A stretch of DNA of 64,000 nt from Octopus vulgaris (GCA_951406725.2 OX597842.1:33232001-33296000); one strand, 5' to 3'. Positions 42,366 through 56,708 are shown, counted from the first letter of the stretch. The notes: generated by a model from the letters alone, not told the origin. Translations and numbers: made by a program.

Positions 42366-43369
42366 CAAGCCGACGACCCCGAAAGGATGAAAGGCAAAGT
42401 TGACCTCAGCGGAATTTGAACTCAGAACGTAACGGCAGACGAAATACCGCTAAGCATTTCGCCCGGCGTGCTAACGTTCCTGCCAGCTCGCCGCCTTAAC
42501 ATCGCTCATACCACCGATATCAACACCACCACAAAGCACTACCTCCACCAAAACCACCACCAACACGATCACCACTACAACTACCACCACCACCACCACT
42601 ACCACCACAACCACCACCAGCATCACAAACAGGGCCATCACCACAGACACCATCTCACACACACTCTAACAAGTGCAAATAGCCGCCATATTAATTCTAC
42701 AATATTTTTCCTTCTTTCTAATTTTTCCGCCATATTTTTTTTCCTTCTTCTCTTAAATTTATAGCTCTTATCCAACATTTCTTCCTTCATCATTCTCAAT
42801 ATTTTTAGTATTATTCCTGGCATTTTTACCAATATTTTTTTTGTGTGTGTGTGTATGTGCGTATGTTTTCTTTGTTGTTGCTGTTAATTCTACAAGAAGG
42901 TCACCTTCTGGATGGTTCTATTGTGTATAAGAAATCGCCATTTTGTTTTGGCGCTTTTTTTTTTTTTTAGTGTATGTGTGTTTTTATTGTTTGTTTTTTG
43001 TTTTTGTTCTTCTTTTTCCTTCTCTCGTGGCATTGGTATTCAGCGATGTTAATGTCGGCAGTAGCGAAATTTTTGAATTACGTTGCGTCGCTCATTCATT
43101 TCATTCATCCTCATTCACTCACTTTCCATCTGTCATTTTTCTCTCCTTCTCCACTCCCTCTCTCTCTTTCTTTCTCCATATATACATATATATATATACA
43201 CACATGCATGTATATATATATATATAAGTGCATATATATACATATATATATGTGTGTGTGAACATATATAAATATATGGGTGTATATATATATATATATA
43301 TATATAGTAGTATTGAATATACATGTTTAGACATACACGTTTATTTGGGCATGTATATGCATAGACGAG

Positions 43370-43400
<31 letters not shown>

Positions 43401-43929
43401 ATTCTATTCTCTCCCGCTCCATTCTCTCTATATATACATGAATGTATATATATATATATATATAAATGTGTGTGTATATATAAATGTTCATATGTATATA
43501 TATATATTTATGTGTACATATATATATATACTTATGCATGTGTACATATGTCTATATATACATACACATATACTCATACATATAAATGGATATATATATA
43601 TATATATGCATAGGCGTGTATACGTGTATGTGAATATGTGTGCATATGTATATGTGTGTGTATATGAATGCGTGTATGTGTATACATAAACTCGTGCGTA
43701 TACATACACACAAACACACACACGTAATTCTCTCTCTCATCTCTCTCTCTCTCTCTCTATGCTTATGCGAACGTCAAAATCATCCTCTCTTTCTCTCTCT
43801 CTCTCTTACTATAAAAATGTTCCACCATCTTAAACATCATCTCCAAGATTGCTTGAAGAATTTCTCTGAGTCTTTCGCTCCATTCTCTTTGTCTTTAAAA
43901 CTGCTGACATTGACAGAAGCCAAACTTTT

Positions 43930-44990
43930 TATTTCTTCTTCATTTTCACAATTCTCTTCATTTCTCTTATCCTAATTCCTCCTTCCTTTCTACGAATTCT
44001 TCGTTTTCTTTTCGTCTCTGCTTCTTTTTCTTCACCTCTTTCTTCTTCGTTCGTTTCTCTCTCTTTCTGCCTTCTCCTCCTCTCTTCTTTGTCTCAATCT
44101 TCTTCCTTCCTCTTCCTTCATATACTTCCTTCTTCTTCGTCTCTTACTTCCTTCTTCGTCCCTGTCTTGGCTCTTCCTCCATCTTCAATCTTCTTCATCG
44201 TCTCCTTTCTTTCTTTCTCTCTCTCTCTCTCTCTCTCTCCTGCATTTTCTTTCTCCTTCGTCTCTTTCTTTCTTCCTTTCCCTTTTTCATCTCTTTCTTT
44301 CTTCCTCTCTTTCCTCTCCGCCCCTATCTGTTCTTCCTCCATCTTCTTGCTTCAATCTTCTTCATCGTCACCTTTCTTCTTCCTTCCTTTTTCATCTTTC
44401 TTTCTTCCTCTCTTTCTCCTGCATTTTCTTTCTTCTTCGTCTCTTTCTTCTTCTACATGTTTCTTCCTTCTACGTTTCATATTTTTCCTTCAATCTCTCT
44501 TTTTCTTCGTCTCTTTCTTTCTTCCTTTCCTTTTTTCCTCCCTCTTCGTCCCTTTGTTCTTCCTCCATCTTTTTCTTTCAATCTTCTTCATCACCCCCTT
44601 TCTTCTTCCTTCATTTTTCATCTTTCTTTCTTCCTCTTTTTCCCCTGCATTTTCTTCTTCGTCTCTTTATTCTTCTACATATTTCTTCCTTCTTCCTCCT
44701 TCAAATTCTCTTCGTTTTCATCGTCTCTTTCTTTCTTCCTCTTTCTTCCTCTTACGTCTTCTCCCTTCTTCGCATCTTTCTTCTCTTTCGTTTCTTCCCC
44801 TACTTTTCTTCCCCCTCCTCGTCCACCTTTTCTCTTTTCTCTTCTTCATCATCGTCTTTTTCTCTTCCCTTTTCTTCTTTTACCTTTTCGCTTATTTTTT
44901 GTACGGGAAGCGCTTTACTTTCTTCTCCGCCATCTTTTATTTTTTATTTACCTATTTTCCCCCCTTTATCTCTTGTTGCTATTGGTTTTG
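43930..44990. repeat. About 1-kb polypyrimidine (CT/CTT-rich) low-complexity tract
   Basis: Seen directly. Confidence 0.9.
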
Positions 44991-45571
44991 ATCTTCACTC
45001 CACACCACCACCACCACCATCGCCACCACTACTTGTTCTTCAATTTCATTATCTTCCATATATTTAATTTTTTATTTTATTTCTATACTTTCATTATCAC
45101 CATCACCATCACCATCATCGTCAGCACTACCCCCCCAACGTCATCACCATCATCTTCATATTTTTTATCGCTATATTTTCGTATTCTTCCCCCGACAGAG
45201 TCCTTCCTCCCCCGCCACTGTCCGCCATTCCTCTCTATACAACAGAACAAACACAGAAAACAGACAATCTCACTTGAAGAGTTCTTTGAAGGAATTCATA
45301 AGAAATGGTAAAGGTAGGCAGGTGGGTGGGTGGCTGGGTGGCTGGGAAAATAGATAAACTGAAAGACAGACAGGTTGGGAGGTAGTTCGATAGAGATGCA
45401 ACAGCGAATGAATGGATGGATGGATGGATGGATGGATAGATAGATAGATGGAGGGAGAGAGAGAGAAAGAGATAGATAGATATGGATAGATAGATTGATA
45501 TGGATATATATATTTATATAGATAGATAGAAGGATAGATATGGATAGAGAGATAGAGAGATAGATATGGAT

Positions 45572-45946
45572 ACTCTTTTACTCTCTCTTTTACTTGTTTC
45601 AGTCATTTGACTGTGGCCATGGTGGAGCACCGCCTTTAATCGAGCAACTCCGGGACTTATTTTTTGTAAGCCCAGTACTTATTCTATCGGGGACATAAAC
45701 ACACCAGCATCGGTTGTCAAGCAATGCTAGGGGGACAAACACAGACACACAAACACACACACGCATATATATATATACATATATACGACGGGCTTCTTTC
45801 AGTTTCCGTCTACCAAATCCACTCATAAGGCTTTGGTCGGCCCGAAGCTATAGTAGAAGACACTTGCCCAAGGTGTCACGCAGTGGGACTGAACCTGGAA
45901 CCATGTGGTTGGTAAACAAGCTACTTACCACACAGCCACTCCTGCA

Positions 45947-45950
<4 letters not shown>
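45572..45950 (-). mobile_element. SINE family A
   Basis: Similarity to the other copies. Confidence 0.85.
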
Positions 45951-46037
<87 letters not shown>

Positions 46038-46692
46038 GATAGATATGGATAGATAGAGAGATAAATACAGATGGATAGATACATAGTGTTGTGGAGGCGC
46101 AATGGCCCAGTGGTTAGGGCTGCGGACTCGTGGTCGGAGGATAGTGATTTCGATTCCCAGACCGGGCGTTATGTGTGTTTATTGAGCGAAAACACCTAAA
46201 GCTCTACTGGCGACCCCTGTTGTACTCTTTCGCCCTAAACTTTCTCTCACTCTCTCTTCCTGTTTCTTGAGTAACGCTACGATGGACTAGCGTCACGTCC
46301 AGCTGTGGGGGGAGGGGGGTGGACACATACGCAAAAGAAACCGGGAAACCGGGCCCATGAGCCGGAACAATGTGATTGGTAAGCCCACAACTCCCTCCCA
46401 CACCGCCAGATTCGAAACCTTGACCCCGCAAGTAAAACCAAAACTGGACAATGGTGAATGTAGCTATATGAATTTATGGATGAGTAAAACGTTCTTGGTC
46501 GTTCTACCTACCTGTCAATATAAATTTGCTGGATCATAGGTGACCTGGGGCTAAATAATCAACAACCTACCTGTTATAGGTCTGCTGGACCAGAAACAGC
46601 CTGGGGCTAAACAGCAATAATAACGATCACAACTTCTAAATGTTAACTTGATAGATTTCATATAACATTTGCCACAGCCTTTCACTAACGTC

Positions 46693-46735
<43 letters not shown>

Positions 46736-46744
46736 CTCTCTGTT

Positions 46745-46959
46745 TTTACTCTTTTACTTGTTTCAGTCATTTGACTGCGGCCATGCTGGAGCACCGCCTT
46801 TTAGTCGAGCAAATCGACCCCCAGGACTTATTCTATCGGTCTCTTTTGCCGAACGGCTAAGTTACGGGGACGTAAACACACCAGCATCGGTTGTGAAGCG
46901 ATGTTGGGGGGACACACACAAACATATACAGACACACACACATACACACATATATATAT

Positions 46960-47030
<71 letters not shown>

Positions 47031-47186
47031 ACGGGCTTCTTTCAGTTTCCGTTTACCAAATCCACTTACAAGGTCGGCCCGAAGCCATAGTAGAAGACAC
47101 TTGCCCAAGGTGCCACGTAGTGGGACGGAACCCGGAACCATGTGGTTTGTAAGCAAGTTACTTACCACACAGCCACTCCTGTGCCT
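46745..47186 (-). mobile_element. SINE family A
   Basis: Similarity to the other copies. Confidence 0.85.
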
Positions 47187-47696
47187 ATCTATCTATCTAT
47201 CTGTCTATCGTATATAAAGTTAGTGTACATTTAAACACAAAATGAGGTGAGCCTTAACAGGTCGCTTTACATGCTAGAAGGAACAGTTAAAAAGTCCAAA
47301 CCACAGTTAAGGGCAATTTCGAAGGGAATAAAAAATATAAACATTTACCATGTTTTACAGACGGATCTTAGGTTTCGAACATTAATTAGCAAATAAAATA
47401 ATTTGCAAGGTGGGGTTCTCATCAGCGGGTACGCCAAATATTAACATGTAATTTAGAGACAAACTAACACGTATCTCATCCTTATATATTATAATTTTTC
47501 AAATCCACCGCGCATGCGCAGTTTCAGCAAATAAGACATTCCGATTAAACTTCAGAAATTGCTAAAATCATTTCTTAAAATTAATATACGGTAGGAAAAA
47601 TTATAGAGAATGTTTCTACCAGTGGCCTAGCATGTATACAAAGTCAATAGACATTTTTCATATAAAATTAGTGTACATTTGAACGCAAAAATGTCT

Positions 47697-47745
<49 letters not shown>

Positions 47746-47984
47746 CATTACACATCACATCATACATACATACACACGTCCAGACCTTTCATACACACAT
47801 CCATACTTTCTCATACACACACACACCCTTATGTTGGGGCGAGGTAATTTAACCCTGTTATCTCCCCTACTATTCCTCATGCGTCTAACGTCTGATCTCT
47901 GACTTCTGGCCGAAATCAGACCGCCATGTTGAATCGTTAGCTCCTACACGCATATTTTTTCTCTCCTTGTTTCTTTTCTGTGTA

Positions 47985-48022
47985 TCTTTCTGTTGAAGAG
48001 CGTAGGCTCGAAACGTAAAAGA
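47985..48022 (+). ncRNA. Minimal hammerhead-like motif with variant core CUGUUGA (degenerate relatives at 60045-60081(-) and 60690-60725(+))
   Basis: TCTTT-CTGTTGA-AGAGC GTAG GCTC-GAAAC-GTA-AAAGA. Confidence 0.5.
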
Positions 48023-48629
48023 CTTGTTTTATTTCTATTCCTGAGCGCCATACAATTGTTTGTTTGTACTCCACCTGCCTTCGTCTTTTGTTTATTTTCG
48101 TAAAGCTTCCTGTTATATATATATATATATATATATAAAGTTTATGCCTATATATTCTATTGTATATTACATACGAACTGAATGTAGAAACACATTCATA
48201 AGCATATATTATACACGCTGGCGTTGTAACTGAACGTTAACCGCATTGATTACATTTGTCTACGGGAGACAGACGGTGTTCGAGGTTCGTCTTCCGTCAT
48301 CTCCTTCAAGAAATATCGATACATATACGTATGTATTTATAGCCACCCACCCACGCTCACACATACGTATACTCCCATACATAAATATATATGCACAGAT
48401 ATGCATACGTATGTGTATGTACATATACATATTCATACATACATATATATCGTACATATCTATATAATCATAAATGCACTTACATGCCTATATATTTATA
48501 TAAGAAATGCATCCAAATATACATACATACATGCATTTATATATGCACTTATATACCTATATATATGTATATACACATACATTTAGTTGAATTCGCACAC
48601 ACAAATATAAATGTATATACTCTCTCTCT

Positions 48630-49307
48630 CTCTCTCTCTTTCACTTGTTTCAGTCATTTGACTGCGGCCATGCTGGAGCACCGCCTTTAATCGAGCAACT
48701 CGACCCCGGGACTTATTCTTTTGTAAGCCCAGTACTTATTCTATCGGTCTCTTTTGTCGAACCACTAAGTAACGGGGACATAAACACACCAACATCGGTT
48801 GTCAAGCAATGCTAGGGAGACAAACACACATACCAAATCCACTCACAAGGCATTGGTCGGCCCGAGGCTATAGTAGAAGACACTTGCCCAAGGTGCCACG
48901 CAGTGGGACTGAACCCGGAACCATGTGGTTGGTAAACAAGCTACTTACCACACAGCCTCTCCTATATATATATACGACGGGCTTCTTTCAGTTTCCGTCT
49001 ACCAAATCCAATCACAATGCTTTGGTCGGCCCGAGGCTATAGTAGAAGACACTTGCCCAAGGTGCCACGCAGTGGGACTGAACCCGGAACCATGTGGTTG
49101 GTAAACAAGCTACTTACCACACAGCCTCTCCTATATATATATACGACGGGCTTCTTTCAGTTTCCGTCTACCAAATCCAATCACAAGGCTTTGGTCGGCC
49201 CGAGGCTATAGTAGAAGACACTTGCCCAAGGTGCCACGCAGTGGGACTGAATCCGGAACCATGTGGTTGGTAAACAAGCTACTTACCACACAGCCACCCC
49301 TGCGCCT
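48630..49307 (-). mobile_element. SINE family A with three tandem heads (169-bp period)
   Basis: ccaaatcc recurs at 48833, 49002 and 49171. Confidence 0.85.
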
Positions 49308-49542
49308 ATATAAACACACATATTTTTACATAAGTATAACCATTGTGCACTTGGTAAGATAAACTCTAGGTTCAACTAACCAGCAAGGATTATTCTCGTC
49401 TATACCCAGTAACCCACAGACGCACACGTACTTACACACATATTGTTATAAGCGTTTCAGGCGTGTGTATATATATATATATATCATATAGATTAATAAA
49501 AGTTGGTGTGAGTGTGAGGTGCAATGAAAGTGTTATACATAC

Positions 49543-49643
49543 CCGGGAGCATACATGAATAGGAAGAAGCGTTTGATTGTAGACATGCTGGATTTCCGGT
49601 TATGTTGTTTGATAAGGAATAGTTGGGTACTGTAGGCATACCC
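49543..49643 (-). CDS. Pax6: Pax6 PST-domain exon (101 nt, phase 2 to 1): (R)GMPTVPNYSLSNNITGNPACLQSNASSYSCMLP
   Basis: gtttcttttgcag|GGGTATG...CTCCCGG|gtatgt. It carries the Pax6 SSYSCML motif, and its phases exactly bridge the flanking exons. Confidence 0.95.
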
Positions 49644-50556
49644 CTGCAAAAGAAACGGGTAGAACCAAAATTAATATAAGCATATATATATAAAGAGAAA
49701 AATACGACAGTTCAATACAATTGTTTCAATAGCATGGCATTTTATTTGTTATCATTGTATGATATACGCTAAATTCACCAGCCTTTCATCAGGTGTATAC
49801 AAACAGTCCGTTTTTCAAAACTAAGTCTTGATAAGACTTACGGTGGAGTACACTTAGATTATATCAATCGTAAGAAGAGAAAATATAAATTCGGGTAATC
49901 TGATATTCAGTCCCATGACTTCGCTGAAAGAGTGCTATGTCTTGCCAAAGAGCAGCCCTTAACCATGCAGTCCCCGATCGTCACTCTGTGGGGTATTTTC
50001 AAATACCCGTATACCCAAATATATATATAAGTAGATAAATGGTACAACAAAGCACCAGTATTTACTGGAAAATAGCAATCGATATAAATACGACGCTGTT
50101 GTATAGCTTCACTGAGTATATACTAGCAAAGACGTGTGAGTGCAACAAACATAAAAAATTTGTCTTACCTCTAGGAAGAACATCTGATAAATGGAGAACC
50201 TAGAATCGGATAATGCAGGACCAGTTTCTGACTTATCAAATACGTTTGACAACGTAAATTTGATTAGTCTTCATCAGCTGCATATACCTAAACAAACTTT
50301 CAAATGTTGCCACATCAATACCAGTATATATATATATATCCTCCCAACAGGTTACTCCTTGCAATGTACTTGCATACACTTAGCTAATAGATTGATCTAT
50401 GCATCGACCAACTCGTGAAGTGTTTAACTCGATTACTATCAATAATAACGATGAAAATAATAAAACAAGTGAAATAGAATCAGCGCGTGGGTCTTGTTAG
50501 TATAATGACCCATCTAAAATACAAGAAGAGTTTTGTGACAAAAATATTTAACTTAC

Positions 50557-50592
50557 CCTAGACTAGTTCCCACGTCCCAACCTTTTAAGTCT
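50557..50592 (-). CDS. Pax6: Candidate alternative 36-nt Pax6 cassette exon (phase 2 to 2) adding 12 aa (DLKGWDVGTSLG)
   Basis: catttcccctttatttttgttgcag|AGACTTAAAAGGTTGGGACGTGGGAACTAGTCTAGG|gtaagt. Open in the required frame. Prediction only. Confidence 0.55.
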
Positions 50593-51116
50593 CTGCAACA
50601 AAAATAAAGGGGAAATGATAAACATCACAGCAACAACATATTATTATTGTTATTATTAAGGTTTTTTTTTTAATTCTTAAAGTGTTCGAGAGACAAAATC
50701 TATATTATTTTAAAGGTAGATCTTGGATTTCATGAATTAAAAAAAAAAATAACAGCATTTATATTGATATAAGGGTAGTGCACTTGTCATGTTCACAGAA
50801 AATGTGGTTTCGAATCCTACAGGATGACATCAACCTTCATTCACCTATGTGTAGTCTTCTCTACAAGATATTCTATATGCTATTATTAATAGCTTCATCT
50901 TTTTCCAGTTCCACCGTTACCACGAGATATACACACACACACACATATATATATATACATATATATATATATACGTTTTTATTATTAATTTGCAATTTAC
51001 TTAATCATCGGTAAATTATTGTGATTTTATTTTTTGTATTTCTAATATATGTAATTTTCTAGATGGTGTAATTTAATTATTCAATTTTGAATTGATAAAA
51101 GGTGTTTTTTTTTCTA

Positions 51117-51140
<24 letters not shown>

Positions 51141-51155
<15 letters not shown>

Positions 51156-51508
51156 GGCAGTTTGTCTGTGCGTGTTTCTGTGTGTCTGTCAGGTTGTACC
51201 CTCACCCTGACCACGGCTTTCAACCGATTCTGATGAAACTTAACACACACATAGCCCAATGTCATAATTCAAAACTAACGCAGCGAAAATTTTGAAAAGT
51301 TCCCCCAGTTCTGAAGAAAATAGATAAATTCGACATGGGGTCGAGAATCAGAAACACAAACCACAGACTGTCTAGGGGACGCAACTCGACCTTTTTAACT
51401 AAAAAAAAATTTACCATCATTTTTTTTCCATTTTTTGGCTATAACTCTCTAAAAATGCTTTATAGTTATTTCCCTTACAAACCCGAGCAACGCCGGGCGA
51501 TACTGCTA

Positions 51509-51509
<1 letters not shown>
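51141..51509 (+). mobile_element. Non-autonomous Helitron
   Basis: cccgagcaacgccgggcgatactgctag|t end. Inverted relative to 40801-41185. Confidence 0.85.
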
Positions 51510-51542
<33 letters not shown>

Positions 51543-52007
51543 ATCTACGTAATGAACTCATGACATGAATTTTAAAGTCTCTACACGGTTGTTGGCTACT
51601 CAGTAATTAACTGCAGTTGCCAATTAACTGCAGTTGCAGTAATTAACTACAGAAACAATTGTTGTAATTTGTGATTAAATCTTGTTCAATTCGAACACAG
51701 ATCCATGTGGTTGGGAACCAAATCTTATGTCACACAGTAACGCCTGGGCCTATATATGTATACATATATATACATATATACATATATATTCATGAATATA
51801 CATACATATATATATATATATATATACATATATGTACATATACATATGTGTATATCTATATATGTAGATATATATATATATACACATGCATGCATATATA
51901 CATAAACATATTTACATACACATATATATATGTATATTCACACAAATATATGTATATACAGAACATATATGCACGCATATGTATACATAGACACACACAC
52001 ACGCGCA

Positions 52008-52049
<42 letters not shown>

Positions 52050-52228
52050 CACTCACTCATGTATATATACATATAGAAACATATATATATCCACATGCAT
52101 ATATACACACATACACACATACACACACACAGATTTTTATATAGACTCTCGCGTTTCAATTATTCGTAAAACAGCACAAGGCTAATTTATAAGCAAAGGT
52201 GTATGTATGTATATGCATTTATACATAC

Positions 52229-52280
<52 letters not shown>

Positions 52281-52430
52281 CTTGTATACGCATTACTGTC
52301 AAAGTAGTTCTGGAAATATGTGCGATTGCCTGTGTGCGTATTTGTGTATATACATTTAAAGCACGTGTTTCTGTGTATGTGTATAGAGTGAGAACATATT
52401 TAGTGTACGTATGTCATTGTGCATGTATGA

Positions 52431-52475
<45 letters not shown>

Positions 52476-52648
52476 CAAACACACATATGTGCATACATAC
52501 TCACACACACACATATACTCACATACACACATGTTAATATGCATGATATATATGTAAATGTTTATACACACACACACATCTAATGAATTGATATTTTTAT
52601 ATGCATGACATGCGTGTGTGTGTGTACATAAACACATGCATATACACT

Positions 52649-52755
<107 letters not shown>

Positions 52756-52819
52756 ACATATATAGATATATATATATATATGTATGTATGTATATACACA
52801 CATACATTGGCACTAATGA

Positions 52820-52850
<31 letters not shown>

Positions 52851-52931
52851 CATGTATGTATAAAGCTTGTTGATCTATGGCCCTCGAAGTCACAAAACCC
52901 ATCCAACACATTCACATACCTGTCCCACTAA

Positions 52932-52964
<33 letters not shown>

Positions 52965-53290
52965 GCGCTAGCGAATGATCATCGCCGACTCCACCACCTC
53001 CACCATCACACCACGACATTCCCGCCCCCCCCCAGCCTCCACCACCGACGCCGCCGCCGCCGCCGCCGCCCCACCTTATTCATCTTTGCTCCTTCTCGAA
53101 AATAATTATCCCAGACGAATGCGTCTTGGAATCGGTTTTACCATTCTTTCGCTTCCTCAGCTCTCCCAAGACTCCTTCGTCTGTTTAATTGACCATAAAA
53201 CTAATATCAGTGAAATTCCTATCACCTGCATGTACAGGGTGTATACATACATACATACATATATATACATATATGCGCTCCATGTACATG

Positions 53291-53325
<35 letters not shown>

Positions 53326-53630
53326 GCATAAATAATTATTTGTATGTGCATACGTATGTAGACTTACATGTCTGTGTGTTTGTGTATGTGCTTGTGTGTG
53401 TGTGTGCTAGTGTGTGTGTGTGTGTGCTTGTGTATGTGTGCTTGTGTGTGTGTGTGTGTGTGTGTGTGTGATTGTTTTGTTGCTTTGGTTTTTGTGTCTT
53501 TGCTTTGTATTTTTACTTCCTTTTCTTTCTCGCAGACGTGGAAACGATGCTGCGATAATTATAGGAAGCGAAATAGATGGATAGGTGTTCAGATAGATAG
53601 ACAGGTGTGTGTATGTGTGTGTTTATATTG

Positions 53631-53661
<31 letters not shown>

Positions 53662-53763
53662 GATATATAGATAGATAGATGTGTGTGAGAGAGATTTAAA
53701 TAGATAGATTTATATATGTATATATATATATATATATATATAGATAGATAGATCGATAGACTG

Positions 53764-53812
<49 letters not shown>

Positions 53813-53833
53813 CATATATATATATATAAACAC

Positions 53834-53900
<67 letters not shown>

Positions 53901-53971
53901 GAAAGTGAGAGAGAGATGAGGAATTGATAGAAAGACTGGCAGATGAAGAAACAGATATGGTGACCGATAGA

Positions 53972-54017
<46 letters not shown>

Positions 54018-54406
54018 CAAGGAGAGACAATAAAGCAGGAAGATGGAAATTTAAGATAGGTGGAAAAATAAAAAGGAAAGGCAGACAGTTGATAGTCAGG
54101 TATGTGTTTATATGTACATATATATACATACAGACAGACAGACATAGTGTGATAGATATAGGTAGGTAGGTGGGTAGCAGATGGATCGATCGAAGGATTG
54201 AGAGATTGATAGATGCATGAAGAAATATATAAAGATATGCAGAGAGGGAGAGAGAGACAGAGTATATTTTCATAGATAGACAGGTAAAATGATAGGTAAG
54301 GTAGAGAGACAAACAGGTAGATAGATAGAACAGTCGAGAGGTACAGACAAAATATACACAGGTACACATCGGCAAACATCGGCAAACATGCGTACATGAC
54401 CCTAGA

Positions 54407-54435
<29 letters not shown>

Positions 54436-54439
<4 letters not shown>

Positions 54440-55310
54440 GTAATGACTCGTCATTTGGCGATTCACTTATCGCGCCCTCAGTACATCGCGGTGTTTTTTT
54501 TTTCCTGGCTAATATATACTTTTACTCTCTCCCTTTAACTTGCTTCAGTCATTTGACTGCGGCCATGCTGTAGCACCACCTTTAGTCGAACAAATCGACC
54601 CCGGGACTTATTCTTTGTAAGCCCAGTACTTATTCTATCGGTCCCTTTTACCAAACCGCTAAGTGACGGGGACGTAAACACACCAGCATCGGTTGTCAAG
54701 CAATGCTAGGGGGACAAACACAGACACAAACATATACATACATATATATATACATATATACGACGGGCTTCTTTCAGTTTCCGTCTACCAAATCCACTGA
54801 CAAGGCTTTGGTCGGCCCGAGGCTATAATAGAAGACACTTGCCCAAGATGTCACGCAGTGGGACTGAACCCGGAACCATGTGGTTGGTAAGCAAGCTACT
54901 TACCACACAGCCACTCCTGCGCCTATATATGTTAATTTATATCGCGATTTTCAGCGGCCGATATGTATTTGTGTTTTTTTAGATTTTAATTATTTCTGTA
55001 GTAAAATAAGCACTTTGACGCCTTAAATTAATAAATAATAATACAGTACTGCACTGTATACTACCTTAATTAAAATATCTGAAAAGAAAATACGTAGTGT
55101 ACCGCCGATTAGTAAACAAAGAATCGCACATGCTGTATGGGAAACGAAATTCGGAAGGTAAGTGTGTGTATATATTTATAATAAAATAAATATATAACAA
55201 TTATAAAAATAATAAATATATATATACAATATAGTACTGTTTCAACTACGCAGATTTTCACCTATCGCGCGTGGTTTTGGAACGTAACACCCGCGATAGT
55301 CGAGATATTA

Positions 55311-55311
<1 letters not shown>
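54436..55311. mobile_element. pogo/Tigger-like MITE with a nested SINE (related pieces at 7745-7840 and 8750-9520)
   Basis: Ends of the type TAC(A/G)GTAAT...TATCGCG and ...AACGTAACACCCGCGATAGTCGAG recur at the three loci. Confidence 0.6.
54520..54925 (-). mobile_element. SINE family A nested in a pogo-like MITE
   Basis: Full copy flanked by MITE sequence. Confidence 0.85.
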
Positions 55312-55341
<30 letters not shown>

Positions 55342-55888
55342 TCATACATATATATATACATACATACATATATATACATACATACATATATATACATACA
55401 TACATATATATACATACATACATATATACATACATACATATATACATACATACATATACATACATACATATATATATACATACATACATACATATATATA
55501 CATACATATACATACATGCATATATATACATGCATATATATATATACATATATACATACATACATATATACATACATACATGCATATATATATACATACA
55601 TGCATATATATACATACATATATATATATGTATATATATACACATACATATGCATGATCCCCTACGCATACACACACACACACACACACACACATAAACA
55701 CATACCACATGTGTGCATAATTCGGGCGTTTGTAAGACGTCATCACTACACGTGACTTCCCAGTCCTGTGCAAAGTATGTAAAAAAAAACACATTAAGAA
55801 GAAACCAAAAGAAAAAAGCAAAACCCCTCCACAGCGCACACATTGCAGCACACAGGAAATAGGACTTCGAGCGCGCCCCTACACTTAC

Positions 55889-56055
55889 CTGTATGATTCT
55901 GCCATAGAAGCCAAGGGCTGGTTGATCGTGGGGTACATTGTGTGAGGGAAACTACTGTTTATAGGGAGCCTTGTTGAACCGTTCGCTGCTTCCCGCCGCT
56001 GGTTGCGAAGCTTCTCTTCTCGACGCCATTTTGCCCGTCGGTTCGAAAACCAAAC
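55889..56055 (-). CDS. Pax6: Pax6 exon (167 nt, phase 0 to 2): [55 protein letters not shown]
   Basis: cgcag|GTTTGGTTTTCGAAC...TCATACAG|gtaagt. [20 protein letters not shown] is the S50 recognition helix plus the Pax6-specific extension. Not in the ORF track. Confidence 0.98.
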
Positions 56056-56099
56056 CTGCGTGATAACGACAGAGAATGAAAGAGTGTGATATAACTATA

Positions 56100-56138
<39 letters not shown>

Positions 56139-56263
56139 AGTTATTTATCTATATATGTATGTGTGCGTGTGTATGTATGTGTATATATATATATGTTTGT
56201 GTGTGTTTATTTTTCTTCGTAAATACATATTTGTATGTGTGTATATAGTATATGTATTTATTC

Positions 56264-56309
<46 letters not shown>

Positions 56310-56708
56310 TATATGCTATTATATACACTATATATATATATTATATGTCATTACACTAGATTATATATATATATATACTCTAGATAGTATATATATGTAC
56401 CAGATATATATATTATATGCTATTATATACACTAGATAACATCGCATTACATCAAATATATATATATATTTATTATGTTATATACTCTAGATATTTATGC
56501 ATAACACATCGCATAATACATCAAATATTATATATGTACATGTTATATATACACTAGATGTAGTTATACATAACATATCGCATTATAAACCATATATTAT
56601 ATATACATTTGTTATATATACACTAGATATTTATACAAAACACATCACATTATACACTAAATATAAATATATAATATACATATAAAATACATTATATACA
56701 TATAATAT

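Noticed and set aside
43905-43916. Tandem TGACA(T/G) Meis-like sites
   Set aside because: Too short to support without conservation data.
44089-45311. 300-aa and 284-aa Phe/Ser/Leu-rich ORFs
   Set aside because: A polypyrimidine tract lacks stop codons by composition.
49842-49923. Exon candidate ending in CC|gtaagt
   Set aside because: 82 nt (frameshifting), poor exonic donor context and a short pyrimidine tract.
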